Notes under the pieces: generated by a model
What the model saw: the letters and a program-made list of their open reading frames with translations, nothing else
What the model was told of the DNA's origin: nothing
Databases searched by the model: none
Translations under genes and position numbers: made by a program
IMG/VR virus record: IMGVR_UViG_3300036770_003326
Coordinates: 25,530-89,529 of that record
Source of the DNA: a virus
DNA length: 64,000 bases
Reading direction: 5' to 3' (one strand)
In this document: positions 9,874 through 19,557 of the stretch, piece after piece
How the letters are laid out: each line of letters begins with the position of its first letter
Position numbering within the stretch: the stretch's first letter is position 1

Positions 9874-11031
9874 TTATTTTTTAAATGCATTTTCTAGCAT
9901 ATTTAAAATACTATCTGTTTTTTGAGAAGTCTCTACAGATGTATTTCTTCCTACGCCTCTTTGTTCTTCAGCTGCAATGATTTTATCTAAATCATTAATA
10001 GCTGCAGTTTTTGCGACAGTTTTAAGCTTGCTAATATCTGGCTTAAACTTGCCGTCTTTATCTAGATTAAATAAACCTAAAGTATCATAGTAGTTAATCA
10101 ACATTTCAAACTCTACAGGATTTCTTTGTTGCTTATACATTAAAGAGTTAAATTCTCTTCCTGTTTGTGGGTCTTTATAAACTGGATTTAAGATATTACT
10201 TTTTAGTTTATCTCTTGTCGGTTTATTAAGATTTAATCCATCTATGAAACTTTCTCTACTATCTATATGATTTATTAAATTTTCAAATGCTTTTTCTTGC
10301 GCTTTTATCTGTGCTTGAGTCTTTTCTTGTTTTACAGCCTTAGCTTGTTCAACATAACTATTAGCCTCTGCACGTAACTCAGGAATTGCTTTTAACGCTT
10401 TATCTTTTAACTTTCCTACTGATACAGCATCTTCTATAGCATCTATAGCATCTTGATCAGAAAAGTTTTTAGATTTTAATAAATCAAAATAAACTTGTTT
10501 CTGAAGATTTTCATCTTCTGATAAGGTTTGTTCATCTATACTATCAAAGAACTCTAATCGTTGAGCCATCATAATAGCTTGGTCAGTTTCGTCAAATGCA
10601 TCTTCGATTTCTAAGAATCTTTTCTTTGCAGCTGGCATGTTAGCTTTCCAAGCTTTTTCTGCAGATTGAAATTTATGTTTAACTGTTTTATCTACTAAAT
10701 CTTTTATAGTATCTAAATTTCCAGGTAACTTATCAAGTTCTTCTACTTGTGCTGCAGTTAAAATTCCTGCATCTAGAAGTTCTTTCATCAATCCTTTATA
10801 AATAGCTTCGTTTTTTGTAAGGTCTACATTTGGTTTTGTAGGTTCCGTACTAGGGTTTTGGTTAACTCCCTCACCTGTTTCCGTTGAAACAGGCTTAAAT
10901 ATTTCACCATCATCTTCTCCTTGACTAGGTGTTTTATCTTCAGATTCTTCATTGTTGGCTACTGCAGAATTTAATTCTTCAGGAGACATGATTTCTAAAC
11001 CCTCAAATAAGTTTTCATTCTCTGTATTCAT
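9874..11031 (-). CDS. Putative scaffolding protein (crAss gene 77-like)
   Basis: 385 aa, acidic N-terminus, helical; lies between portal and MCP. Confidence 0.65.
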   Translation of the reverse strand: MNTENENLFEGLEIMSPEELNSAVANNEESEDKTPSQGEDDGEIFKPVSTETGEGVNQNPSTEPTKPNVDLTKNEAIYKGLMKELLDAGILTAAQVEELDKLPGNLDTIKDLVDKTVKHKFQSAEKAWKANMPAAKKRFLEIEDAFDETDQAIMMAQRLEFFDSIDEQTLSEDENLQKQVYFDLLKSKNFSDQDAIDAIEDAVSVGKLKDKALKAIPELRAEANSYVEQAKAVKQEKTQAQIKAQEKAFENLINHIDSRESFIDGLNLNKPTRDKLKSNILNPVYKDPQTGREFNSLMYKQQRNPVEFEMLINYYDTLGLFNLDKDGKFKPDISKLKTVAKTAAINDLDKIIAAEEQRGVGRNTSVETSQKTDSILNMLENAFKK

Positions 11032-11118
11032 TTTGCTGTCGTTATTAAGTTACAATATTAAAATTTTTTTAATAAATTAAATTATTAATTTTTATAAATT
11101 CTCTATAATTCTATAGCT

Positions 11119-13563
11119 TTATCTTTTAGCTACAGGTCTGTTTTTCTGAATCTCTAATGCTTTAGCTTTTAATTCTTCGTTAGCTTTATTAGAACGTTCT
11201 GTCTCTGCCAGTTTATCTCTTTGTAAAGAAATATTTTCGTTTTTATAATTTTCTTCTACTTCAGTGCGTCTTAAATCTAACTCATCTGCAATGCCATTAC
11301 TATCTGAATCTAGTAAGCCAGATTCTGTGCGATAATTATTTCCTTCTTCTCTTAAAGCTGCTATAGCAATGTTTGCTTGTATTTGCTCACGTTTAACTGC
11401 TATTTCATCTTCATGTTTTTTCATTTCAAACTCTTGTTTCATCTTAGCTTGTTGATCAGCAAGTTGCGCAGCTTGTTGTTGTTGCTGTAATTGTTGTTGT
11501 TGCATTTGCTGATTCTCTTCTCTAATTTTTCTAGCAGAGTCTTCTAGTTTTCTAGCAATTTCTTGTACAGATTCTGATTGTGAAATAGTAATTAAATCTG
11601 CAATAGTTGCTTGGCCATTTTGAATAGCTGCTTGTGAAAGAGAACGCAAGTCGTTAAACAATTGCTGGTCAGCAGAAGAGTTAGAAAGATGTAAGTCATA
11701 TTCTGTAGAGCAGAACTCATCAAAGTGGGTAATTAATTGCTGCCCTAAATCGTCTAGTAAATACTGTCCTTTTTTAGGATTAGTCTTATAAGCAAACTTA
11801 CAGCATTCTAAGAATTTAGTAAGAACTCTTTTTCTAAAGTTATTATCTATAGCAAACCATTTTTCTGTAATATGAGATGTTTGTGCTACTTCTCTTTCTA
11901 CATTATTTACTGCTTCTCTATTTTGTATTTGTCCTTCGCGCGCGCCTGATACTCCTGCAAGTTTACCTAATGTGTTTTCTATATCTAACATTAAGTTAGT
12001 ATACATTGATATTTCATTAGGATCACCTACTTGTATTTGTTGTGCTGTTAAAGTATTAAAACTTCCTGCAGATTTACCTTGAGACGGTCCTTTAAGTATT
12101 TCATTAGTAGGGTCTAACCAAGCAAATTTGTTGATAGTCACATATCTCACCCATTCTTTTGGATCCCAGCCTGAAGGAACAAGTGATGCATTGAGTGCAG
12201 TAAAGGACCCCTTATATGTGGCTATTGCAAGTTCCCTTTTATAATAAGCAATATCATAAGAATACGCCAAGGGTTTCATAACATCCATAAGAGATTGGAC
12301 CTTATAATCATTAGTAGAATTAACAGAACCTACATATGGAGGGGTCCCTTTAGATTTATTAACTAAAGATTTACTTGCAAATGGTACAGGACGCATTACA
12401 GTGTAAATATGGTCGGCTATCTTTGTACCTTCCATCCACTCATTGACCCATATCCACCTAACTGTTTCCCCTAAAGTTTTATTAGGTTTGTAATCTTCTG
12501 GCACATAATCTTTTTGTTGATTGCCGTCTTCGTCTATATATGTTAATTCTCCTATTTTACGTCTTGATCTCCAACATACTTTTAAAACTCTTACGTTTCC
12601 ATAAGTATCAAAAGCTCCTGCAAAAGTTCTAACTCCCATCTCATTAGGATGGAAAATATTTAGAGCTCCTTGTTCGCCATAATAATCATATACTGATATA
12701 TCTCTATTAAGCCCTATTCCTCCGCCTGAACCCATAGAAGCATCTACTTTTCCTCTTTCTAGAAAATCTATATCTTCAGGTTTAAGAGTATCCCAATAAT
12801 CATCTATTACTTGTCCAATAGATTTATAACCGTATTCTACAATAATATCTGCGTCTTCAATAAACATTGAGTTTCCACCCATTGTATATAAATTCATAGG
12901 ATTTACTCGACGCATTACTGGATTGCCTCCAAGTACTCCACAGTACATTATTTCTTCGCCTCCAACAAGTAAATCTTCAAAAGTGCGAAGGAAAACAAAA
13001 TCAAAATCTCCTTCTTTATATTCTTTCTTTAGAATTTTATTAGCTACTATTTCTGCAACATCTTGAAATTCATAAGAATTAAATTTTTGTAATTTCTGTA
13101 ATCTCTCTTGTATTTCCTGCTCGCTAACAGAAGTGCCCATAACTATCTGAGCCATTTCTGATTTAATACTTTGCATTATTTGCTGTTCTTTGCGAGATAT
13201 ACCATCAGGATCATTAGAGGAAATATAAGCTCTGAACTCTTTACGTCTCTTAGCATATTCTCCTAGTAATAAATTTACTTTAGAGTTTTCTATGCCGACA
13301 TGTTGGAAACTAGCAGGTAAAGATTCTAAATCTAGATTATCAGGATTAATAAATTTTTCAAAATCTTTAGAGCTTATAATATTAGCTCGTAGATTATAAT
13401 TAACCTTTTTGTTTTTAAAATTAGAGCGAAGATTTACATCAGAGGTAAGCAAATGCTCTGCAAAGTCTATGTTTTTCTTATACCAGTGGTCAGTTTTTTC
13501 AGAGTCTGATAGTTTTTGTCTAGGGAAACTTATATATCCTTGAATCTTTACAGGCTGGCTCAT
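11119..13563 (-). CDS. Portal protein
   Basis: 814 aa, immediately downstream of TerL; Q-rich coiled-coil C-terminus; GVSGAREGQI motif. Confidence 0.85.
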   Translation of the reverse strand: MSQPVKIQGYISFPRQKLSDSEKTDHWYKKNIDFAEHLLTSDVNLRSNFKNKKVNYNLRANIISSKDFEKFINPDNLDLESLPASFQHVGIENSKVNLLLGEYAKRRKEFRAYISSNDPDGISRKEQQIMQSIKSEMAQIVMGTSVSEQEIQERLQKLQKFNSYEFQDVAEIVANKILKKEYKEGDFDFVFLRTFEDLLVGGEEIMYCGVLGGNPVMRRVNPMNLYTMGGNSMFIEDADIIVEYGYKSIGQVIDDYWDTLKPEDIDFLERGKVDASMGSGGGIGLNRDISVYDYYGEQGALNIFHPNEMGVRTFAGAFDTYGNVRVLKVCWRSRRKIGELTYIDEDGNQQKDYVPEDYKPNKTLGETVRWIWVNEWMEGTKIADHIYTVMRPVPFASKSLVNKSKGTPPYVGSVNSTNDYKVQSLMDVMKPLAYSYDIAYYKRELAIATYKGSFTALNASLVPSGWDPKEWVRYVTINKFAWLDPTNEILKGPSQGKSAGSFNTLTAQQIQVGDPNEISMYTNLMLDIENTLGKLAGVSGAREGQIQNREAVNNVEREVAQTSHITEKWFAIDNNFRKRVLTKFLECCKFAYKTNPKKGQYLLDDLGQQLITHFDEFCSTEYDLHLSNSSADQQLFNDLRSLSQAAIQNGQATIADLITISQSESVQEIARKLEDSARKIREENQQMQQQQLQQQQQAAQLADQQAKMKQEFEMKKHEDEIAVKREQIQANIAIAALREEGNNYRTESGLLDSDSNGIADELDLRRTEVEENYKNENISLQRDKLAETERSNKANEELKAKALEIQKNRPVAKR

Positions 13564-13584
13564 AATAAATATTTATTTAAAAAA

Positions 13585-13592
13585 CAAATCTA
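13585..13592 (-). promoter_or_regulatory. Bacteroidota-type -7 promoter element TAGATTTG upstream of portal
   Basis: Matches TAnnTTTG, overlaps the TerL stop codon, ~20 bp before the portal ATG. Confidence 0.4.
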
Positions 13593-15761
13593 TGAATAAA
13601 AATTAGAATCTAAAGTATTTGGTACTCTCTTTTTTAAAACTCCCATTTCTTCAAAATAAGGGTTATCTAAAAATGTTTTTATTTTAGTTACTTCTTGTGT
13701 TATTTGTTTATACATAGTAGAGTCTAGCCATAACAGCATAATTAGCGCACTAACCCTATCAAAGTTTCCATCAGGATTCCACATAATTAATTCTGTTAAT
13801 AAAGCAGGAGAATAAATAGTTTCATAAACTCTTAGCTCTGAATTCAAAGATATTTTTTCTTGTAACCAGGATTTTACCATATTTCTTCCTTCTGCATTAA
13901 CTGCATTAGAAGCGTTAATACCTTTAGCTGTATTAGTTCCAGATTTATAAGTATCAGAAGATCTTAGCTGATAAGGCGTTTCTGCTAATAAATAAGTACA
14001 CTTGTTTTGATCAAAGTAATTATATAAACCAATAAGGTTTTTCTCATACATACCTATGGCGTTGTAGTATAATAACAATTTTCTACATATCTCATAAAAA
14101 TCTTTAGCTTCAGAGGTTCTTCCTGTATATTCAGCAACTAACTGTCTAGTTAGTCTATTCATTATAAATATACTAGGCAGTGAGTCAGTAGTAGATTTGT
14201 CCTTATCTACGACGTCGATTCCAGCTATGTAAACTCCTTTAGGAATTACTCCTTCAGGATTTTTTTGAGGCTTAACCCATATTTCTATACAGCCTTGCTT
14301 CTCATCATTTTTATTTAATGGAAATTTCCTTATAGGTCTCAAATCTTGTATAGTAACAAAATCTAATGTATTATCTTGATTAAATACTAAATGCCCTTTA
14401 AAAGAAGCATCTGTGTATTTTACATATTTTCCTCCTTCTACTTCAGCTAGTTGTTCTTTTAATTGTAGAGTAGGAAAGAATGCACCTTCAAGAACTAGAA
14501 AAGCTTCTGAAGGAACCATAGGACCGTTAATAATTTCTGTCTGGTATACAGTAGGATCTGGTGATTTTTTAGCTTCTTGTCGTTTATTTTCTATAAACAT
14601 TTTTGCTAATATCTCATCTGTGTCTTTATTTACCCCTGTTTTAAATTCATTAAGAGTTTTAGAATACGGCACAAAATATCCTATCTTGCCTCTATGCTCA
14701 AATATATCTTCAAACTCTATGCAGTTATAATCTTGTGGATTTCTGAAAATACTTTCTGCATATAAAGCTGCTCTACCCGATACTAGTCCGCCTGTTCCTA
14801 GGGCCCATATAACCAAACTTTTCTTTGCTTTAGATGCTTGAGTGGCTTCAATGGCTCCCCATGATTCTTTTATATTATACATGAAGCCAACTTCATCAAG
14901 TGCAACTAAGTTAGGTCTAGTACCGTTAGCTGCTAGTGGATTATCTTTAAAAGTTCTATGTCTTACTACAGATCCTGATTTACTAGTAGCCTCTCTGTTA
15001 GGCGCAAGAGTTCCTGAATAATTAATCATTAATGGAGATGGATAATATTCTTCTCCTAACTGATAAGCTCCTGCAAGTAATTCTAAAGCAGTAGTAGATT
15101 TTTTTAATAACGGTATAGTGTATTTAGTATCAATTGCTCCTACAACAGTATCTGATGCTAAGTATTGTTTTAATTTACGTCTTTCTAAATAATCATCATA
15201 ATCTGTGGCTCCGTCAAATAAAAAATTATGATTAATAATAGCAGAGGTAGAGTAACTCTTACCTGATCCCCTAGCTTGAATACTCATAAAATGTTTAGCA
15301 GAGTTTTTATATAAAGGTTTGCCTAATGATTTACCGTGGTTTTTGCGTAGATACTCTCTAGCAGGTATGTAAGTAAACTTTTTTAAATCATCTTCTGTGA
15401 TACGTTTAAGTTTTAAACTTAATTCTTTTTCAGGTCCGTATTTTCTATCACAAGTATATTGTTTATCTAGTTCAAATCCTGAAAAGCCTCGACACTCTTC
15501 ATATAATAAAAACAATTCCCAATCTATGTCTCGCAAAAATGGCAAGCCAAAAGCTTGTGCAACTGACGAATCATCTTCAAACTGTATATTATGAAAATTA
15601 GTATAGTAATATAGCGGCCCTGGCATCCATTTTCCTGAAGACCAGTAGCCTTCTATACACTTTCGTTTTTCTTCTTTCCAAAAATTTACTCTTTCATAGT
15701 GCTCTAATACAGGATGAAAGTTAGGAATAGAAGTTAATTTAAAATTAGCGTTATTAACCAT
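13590..15761 (-). CDS. terL: Terminase large subunit
   Basis: Walker A ARGSGKS, Walker B LDEVG, RNase-H nuclease motifs GIDVVD and NFDRVSA; adjacent to portal. Confidence 0.9.
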   Translation of the reverse strand: MVNNANFKLTSIPNFHPVLEHYERVNFWKEEKRKCIEGYWSSGKWMPGPLYYYTNFHNIQFEDDSSVAQAFGLPFLRDIDWELFLLYEECRGFSGFELDKQYTCDRKYGPEKELSLKLKRITEDDLKKFTYIPAREYLRKNHGKSLGKPLYKNSAKHFMSIQARGSGKSYSTSAIINHNFLFDGATDYDDYLERRKLKQYLASDTVVGAIDTKYTIPLLKKSTTALELLAGAYQLGEEYYPSPLMINYSGTLAPNREATSKSGSVVRHRTFKDNPLAANGTRPNLVALDEVGFMYNIKESWGAIEATQASKAKKSLVIWALGTGGLVSGRAALYAESIFRNPQDYNCIEFEDIFEHRGKIGYFVPYSKTLNEFKTGVNKDTDEILAKMFIENKRQEAKKSPDPTVYQTEIINGPMVPSEAFLVLEGAFFPTLQLKEQLAEVEGGKYVKYTDASFKGHLVFNQDNTLDFVTIQDLRPIRKFPLNKNDEKQGCIEIWVKPQKNPEGVIPKGVYIAGIDVVDKDKSTTDSLPSIFIMNRLTRQLVAEYTGRTSEAKDFYEICRKLLLYYNAIGMYEKNLIGLYNYFDQNKCTYLLAETPYQLRSSDTYKSGTNTAKGINASNAVNAEGRNMVKSWLQEKISLNSELRVYETIYSPALLTELIMWNPDGNFDRVSALIMLLWLDSTMYKQITQEVTKIKTFLDNPYFEEMGVLKKRVPNTLDSNFYS

Positions 15762-16005
15762 TTTTTATACTAGGCCATTTATTTATTGGACATGAGGAAC
15801 TTAGTGATTTGGTTTTAAAACTTAAAGAACATCCACAGATTTTACAACAAGTACTAACTAATGCTACACAATTTGTAGAATAATTACTACAAGCTTTGCA
15901 TATCTTTAATCTATCTGCTGCAATAGAATCTACATAAGAGTTTTTAACTAGACTATTCTTAATGCCTTCAAGAATCTTTTCTTTATTTTTCCAAATACTA
16001 TCCAT
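15754..16005 (-). CDS. Small Cys-rich (Zn-binding) protein
   Basis: RLKICKAC...CKICGC..KT...SCPINKW. Confidence 0.65.
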   Translation of the reverse strand: MDSIWKNKEKILEGIKNSLVKNSYVDSIAADRLKICKACSNYSTNCVALVSTCCKICGCSLSFKTKSLSSSCPINKWPSIKNG

Positions 16006-16526
16006 TATATTTCTCCTGATTCAGTTAAAGAATTTATATGTTTACCTTTTTTAGTTACTTTTTCTTCTTCGTAATCTTTTTTGATTTTTTTATAATCTTC
16101 AAATAATTTAGGTGTGTTACTTAACATTTTATCTAGTTTTACTAACTCATCTGTGTCTTTAGCTTGTATAGCTTGTTTATAAAGTAACTTAATAGATTCA
16201 TCACGCATTGTAATTATTTCTCCCCAAGTAACTAATGCTCTTTCTGCGTCAGTTAGAACAGAGTTTTTATAAATATCTATTATATTTTTTATACTAGCAA
16301 ATTTAAATTTAGGATCTTTAATAAAATCTCTTGTAAGTATATCTAGTTTATCAGGTATATTATAAAACCTAGACTCAGGATTATATGCAAAATATACTGC
16401 CCAAAGTATTTTAGAACTGTATTGTTTGTCCTTACTAGTATCTTTAGTATAATAATCTTTAAACTCTGTAATTAATAAATACTCAGGATGTACTTCCCAA
16501 AAGTTTTTATCATATAGATTTTTCAT
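16005..16526 (-). CDS. Hypothetical protein (terminase small subunit candidate by position only)
   Basis: 173 aa helical protein upstream of TerL. Confidence 0.4.
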   Translation of the reverse strand: MKNLYDKNFWEVHPEYLLITEFKDYYTKDTSKDKQYSSKILWAVYFAYNPESRFYNIPDKLDILTRDFIKDPKFKFASIKNIIDIYKNSVLTDAERALVTWGEIITMRDESIKLLYKQAIQAKDTDELVKLDKMLSNTPKLFEDYKKIKKDYEEEKVTKKGKHINSLTESGEI

Positions 16527-16728
16527 AATGTTTTAATTTATCCCAAACTTCTTCAAAACTTAATGTGCATAAATACTGGGTTCCGTTAGTATGTATAAAG
16601 CATTGATTATTATATGCAGGGGATAGTGCATATATCTTATAAAAAGTAATAAATTCAGGATCATGATTTTCGTTTACTTTAATGGGCAGTGTGATATTCA
16701 TTTGTCTATGTTTTTCTTTGTTAAACAA
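16510..16728 (-). CDS. Hypothetical protein
   Basis: Short ORF coupled to neighbours; true start probably ATG at 16701. Confidence 0.45.
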   Translation of the reverse strand: MFNKEKHRQMNITLPIKVNENHDPEFITFYKIYALSPAYNNQCFIHTNGTQYLCTLSFEEVWDKLKHYEKSI

Positions 16729-16952
16729 TAATTAGCGTGACGTATTTTGCGTTGATTAGGAATAAACTTGCCAAAATTATCTATATGTATAGTTCTAAAT
16801 TTTTCTGGATTAAATAAGTTTCCTTCTTTTTTATCACTAGATATTTCTTCTTGTATAAAAGTATTAAATAATCTAAATACTTCTTCTGCTTGAGCAATAG
16901 TTAAGCTATGTTTTCTAGCTAAAGAAATTAATATATCTCTTTGATTATTCAT
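16698..16952 (-). CDS. HU/IHF-like DNA-binding protein
   Basis: Two helices followed by IHIDNFGKF, matching the HU V.I.GFG.F motif; IHF-like genes are usual in crAss-like phages. Confidence 0.6.
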   Translation of the reverse strand: MNNQRDILISLARKHSLTIAQAEEVFRLFNTFIQEEISSDKKEGNLFNPEKFRTIHIDNFGKFIPNQRKIRHANYCLTKKNIDK

Positions 16953-17505
16953 CAGGTAAGTTTATTTCTATATCAAATTCTTCTTCCTCAAGTATAGGAG
17001 CCTTAGATGCATCGTGTTTATACTCTACAGGAGGTTCTGGAATAGTAGTAGTAGTATTTAAATATTCTTGCGGTTCTTGTGGTTCTTGCGGTTCTGAAAT
17101 AACAGTACTCACAACACTAGGCTTACTAGTCATAACTAGATTAACTTCTATTTTAAATCCATCTGAATCAGGTAAATAACATAATTCAGGATGTAAAAAA
17201 TTATTGTCGTCCAGTAATGGCTTATTAAATAATAGTTTCTTTTTTAATCTAGATATAATAACATTAAATTGTTTCTCTTCTATCTTAACCAACTCTCTTA
17301 TTTCTTTTCTCATATCTTTAGATAAAATAAACTTAGCGCGCTTTTCTAACGGCAGTGCTGAGTATTCATTATTTAATCTAATAATCTCTGCTAATACATC
17401 TCTCTCTTGTGGAGTTATGTTTAACATGAAATTCATAAAAGCAAGAATTTGTCTATATATCTTACTCTGGTTGGTCGGAAGTGAAATTACTTTGCGCTGT
17501 CTCAT
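16945..17505 (-). CDS. Putative winged-HTH protein with low-complexity acidic tail
   Basis: ITPQERDVLAEII...IRELVKI..KQFNVIISRLKKK; EPQ repeats. Confidence 0.45.
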   Translation of the reverse strand: MRQRKVISLPTNQSKIYRQILAFMNFMLNITPQERDVLAEIIRLNNEYSALPLEKRAKFILSKDMRKEIRELVKIEEKQFNVIISRLKKKLLFNKPLLDDNNFLHPELCYLPDSDGFKIEVNLVMTSKPSVVSTVISEPQEPQEPQEYLNTTTTIPEPPVEYKHDASKAPILEEEEFDIEINLPDE

Positions 17506-17875
17506 GTATAATTTCTTTTTGCATTTCTTTATCTGTATTTAGAATCTTAGCTACCTCATAATAAGTAAGTAATGATGTTTGTGTTAAGCTAGCTATAACT
17601 TCTATTAACACATGGTACTCCATATGTTTTGCGTCTATGTTGTTAGGCCTAGGAAATTTAAACTGTTGTACAGTGTGTTCACCGTAGCCTAGTTCCTTAA
17701 CTATAATATCAAAATGCCAAGCTTTAAATTCAGGGTTATTTTCACTAGCTGGTACGTCTACTGGGTAAGACTTGTAAGTAAAACTAATTCCGCTGCCCAT
17801 AGATTTTTCTGTAGCTAACATAAAGCTAGTGGCTATTATCTCTTTTAATACATTAACTCTTTCTGTTGTTGTCAT
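17462..17875 (-). CDS. Hypothetical protein
   Basis: 137-aa ORF in operon. Confidence 0.55.
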   Translation of the reverse strand: MTTTERVNVLKEIIATSFMLATEKSMGSGISFTYKSYPVDVPASENNPEFKAWHFDIIVKELGYGEHTVQQFKFPRPNNIDAKHMEYHVLIEVIASLTQTSLLTYYEVAKILNTDKEMQKEIIHETAQSNFTSDQPE

Positions 17876-18050
17876 TTTGTGTTATTTTAAACTTTAATAT
17901 AAATACTAATTTATTTTTTGCACTAACCTCATAAGACGTAGTAAGAACCTTACTGTGCTGTCTGCAGTAAGGCTCAAACCTTGTCTTGACTATCTCTTCT
18001 CTAGTAAATAATTCTTCTAGTTCTGTTGATATAAATTCTCCAATAATCAC
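17853..18050 (-). CDS. Hypothetical protein
   Basis: 65-aa ORF filling the gap in the operon. Confidence 0.4.
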   Translation of the reverse strand: MIIGEFISTELEELFTREEIVKTRFEPYCRQHSKVLTTSYEVSAKNKLVFILKFKITQNDNNRKS

Positions 18051-18051
18051 C

Positions 18052-18327
18052 CTAGTAGTCCTGAGTTAATGTTTCTGATATTTTATACTTACCTCTTGCT
18101 GCAGATATAATTAACTCTCTTGTTTTTAGAGAATAAATTATTTTTTCTAAACTAGAACTGGTTAAGTTTAGCTTATCGCAAATATGTTTTTTATTAATCT
18201 TATCTGCATGCCATATATTATTTTCTCTATCTACCTGTAATAAAATATAATACAATGCATTAAATCCTGTATCGGTAGATTTTAGTAAAATACTATCTGA
18301 AACATCTAAGCTTGTGTAAAATACCAT
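18052..18327 (-). CDS. RepL-like winged-HTH protein
   Basis: ICDKLNLT.SSLEKIIYSLKTRELI...RGKYKI wHTH pattern. Confidence 0.55.
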   Translation of the reverse strand: MVFYTSLDVSDSILLKSTDTGFNALYYILLQVDRENNIWHADKINKKHICDKLNLTSSSLEKIIYSLKTRELIISAARGKYKISETLTQDY

Positions 18328-18331
18328 AGGG

Positions 18332-18358
18332 CAAATATAATAATTTTACAATAACTAA
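18332..18358 (-). promoter_or_regulatory. Promoter TATATTTG with upstream TAGTTATTGTAA box
   Basis: TAnnTTTG 4 nt before the ATG; the 12-bp box recurs upstream of the 18377..18892 gene. Confidence 0.55.
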
Positions 18359-18376
18359 CTAATTATTATAATATAT

Positions 18377-18892
18377 TTATAATAAAAAAGGTTGAAATAC
18401 TTCAAATACTTCCTTATCTATGGTTTTTCTTTTACGAGCTATATAAGGATTTAACATATATATAACTCTAACCTCATTAGATATCCTGCCTTTAATCTGA
18501 TATAATACTCCTAACTCTATAAGCCTTTTTAATAACTTTAAAAACATAGCCTTAGAAGAATAGCCTAAAAATTTTTGCAGTGTGTCGTTGGTGTGTGGCC
18601 TAGGGCCATTATAAACTAAATTAAGTGGAGTTTTTAAATCAGTAGTCATCATAAGTAAGTTATGCATTTCTGTTCTAGATAACTCTGTAGATAAATACCT
18701 AACAGTCTTAGAATCTAATACTACAAAATCATCAGAAGTAATAATAACATAATTACCTTCTGAAGTAATTTTATAATTTAATTCTTGTTTAATCTCTGAA
18801 GATAGTAACTCACCAGTATCTGTGTTTACATATCTTTCTAAATCTAGTTTTATATTCTTACTAGATTTAATATTTTTTATACTATTCCCCAT
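18377..18892 (-). CDS. RepL-like replication/regulatory protein
   Basis: YVNTDTGE N-terminus, wHTH, YMLNPYIARK C-terminus typical of the RepL family. Confidence 0.6.
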   Translation of the reverse strand: MGNSIKNIKSSKNIKLDLERYVNTDTGELLSSEIKQELNYKITSEGNYVIITSDDFVVLDSKTVRYLSTELSRTEMHNLLMMTTDLKTPLNLVYNGPRPHTNDTLQKFLGYSSKAMFLKLLKRLIELGVLYQIKGRISNEVRVIYMLNPYIARKRKTIDKEVFEVFQPFLL

Positions 18893-18897
18893 AACTA

Positions 18898-18929
18898 CAA
18901 AGTTATTGTAAAAATATTACAATAACTAA
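18898..18929 (-). promoter_or_regulatory. Promoter TAACTTTG overlapped by inverted repeat AGTTATTGTAA-N5-TTACAATAACT
   Basis: Perfect 11-bp inverted repeat at 18901-18927 overlapping the -7 element. Confidence 0.6.
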
Positions 18930-18934
18930 TCTCC

Positions 18935-18986
18935 AGGTACTAAAAATAGTACCTATAACGCCTGTGAGGTACTAAAAATAGTACCT
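18935..18986. repeat. Two identical 20-bp palindromes AGGTACTA-AAAA-TAGTACCT
   Basis: Copies at 18935-18954 and 18967-18986, 32-bp period. Confidence 0.85.
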
Positions 18987-19287
18987 GACTAAAAGCTCTG
19001 TAAGTCAATAGTAGTATGGTCTAGACTATGATTTTTTGTCATTTCACGCTTTATTATAATTATTTGGGAATTTTTTTTGACCTAAAATATACTACCCTAT
19101 ATAAACTATCCCCCCTGTTTTCTCTGCTTAAATAGTAGTCCCCCCTAACAAAACTACCTATGGAAAATATTTCTAAAATATAAAATACAAAATATTTCTA
19201 AAATGTATAGAAGTGGGTACCAGCACCGTCACCGACCCCTTCTATGTTTGGGGTGGGAAGGAATCCGCCCCGTAAAAATTGTAAGAT

Positions 19288-19536
19288 ATGAAATATACTG
19301 TAGAATTTAGCAAGGAAGTAACCAAGGATTGGGGTACTAGTTTTATTAGCAAGCTCGTGTTGCCTGTAGTTGATAACGTATTAGGATGCGGTCGCAAGAC
19401 TACATACTACGTATGGGGCACCAAACAGCTCGAGGGTACCGTAGAACTCAACATCGACGAGTGGAATGTCGTGGAGAAGGAAGCGGTGATCAACGGAGAG
19501 ACGATGATGCTGAAGTACATCACGGGGCCACGGTAG
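19288..19536 (+). CDS. Hypothetical protein, GC-richer than the rest of the genome
   Basis: 82 aa; first ORF after the strand switch; followed by a cUUCGg hairpin. Confidence 0.6.
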   Translation: MKYTVEFSKEVTKDWGTSFISKLVLPVVDNVLGCGRKTTYYVWGTKQLEGTVELNIDEWNVVEKEAVINGETMMLKYITGPR

Positions 19537-19537
19537 T

Positions 19538-19557
19538 GGTCCCCCTTCGGGGGTCGA
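19538..19557 (+). other. Stable hairpin CCCC-TTCG-GGGG
   Basis: cUUCGg tetraloop directly after the stop codon; no U-tract. Confidence 0.6.

Noticed and set aside
11460-11512. CAA/CAG-rich repeat in the portal gene
   Set aside because: Ordinary poly-Q coiled-coil tail of portal proteins.
13590-15761. Intein or intron in terL
   Set aside because: Length is normal, the frame is continuous, and no intein boundary motifs were seen.
17065-17095. 9-bp tandem repeat (EPQ x3)
   Set aside because: Low-complexity coding linker, not a regulatory element.
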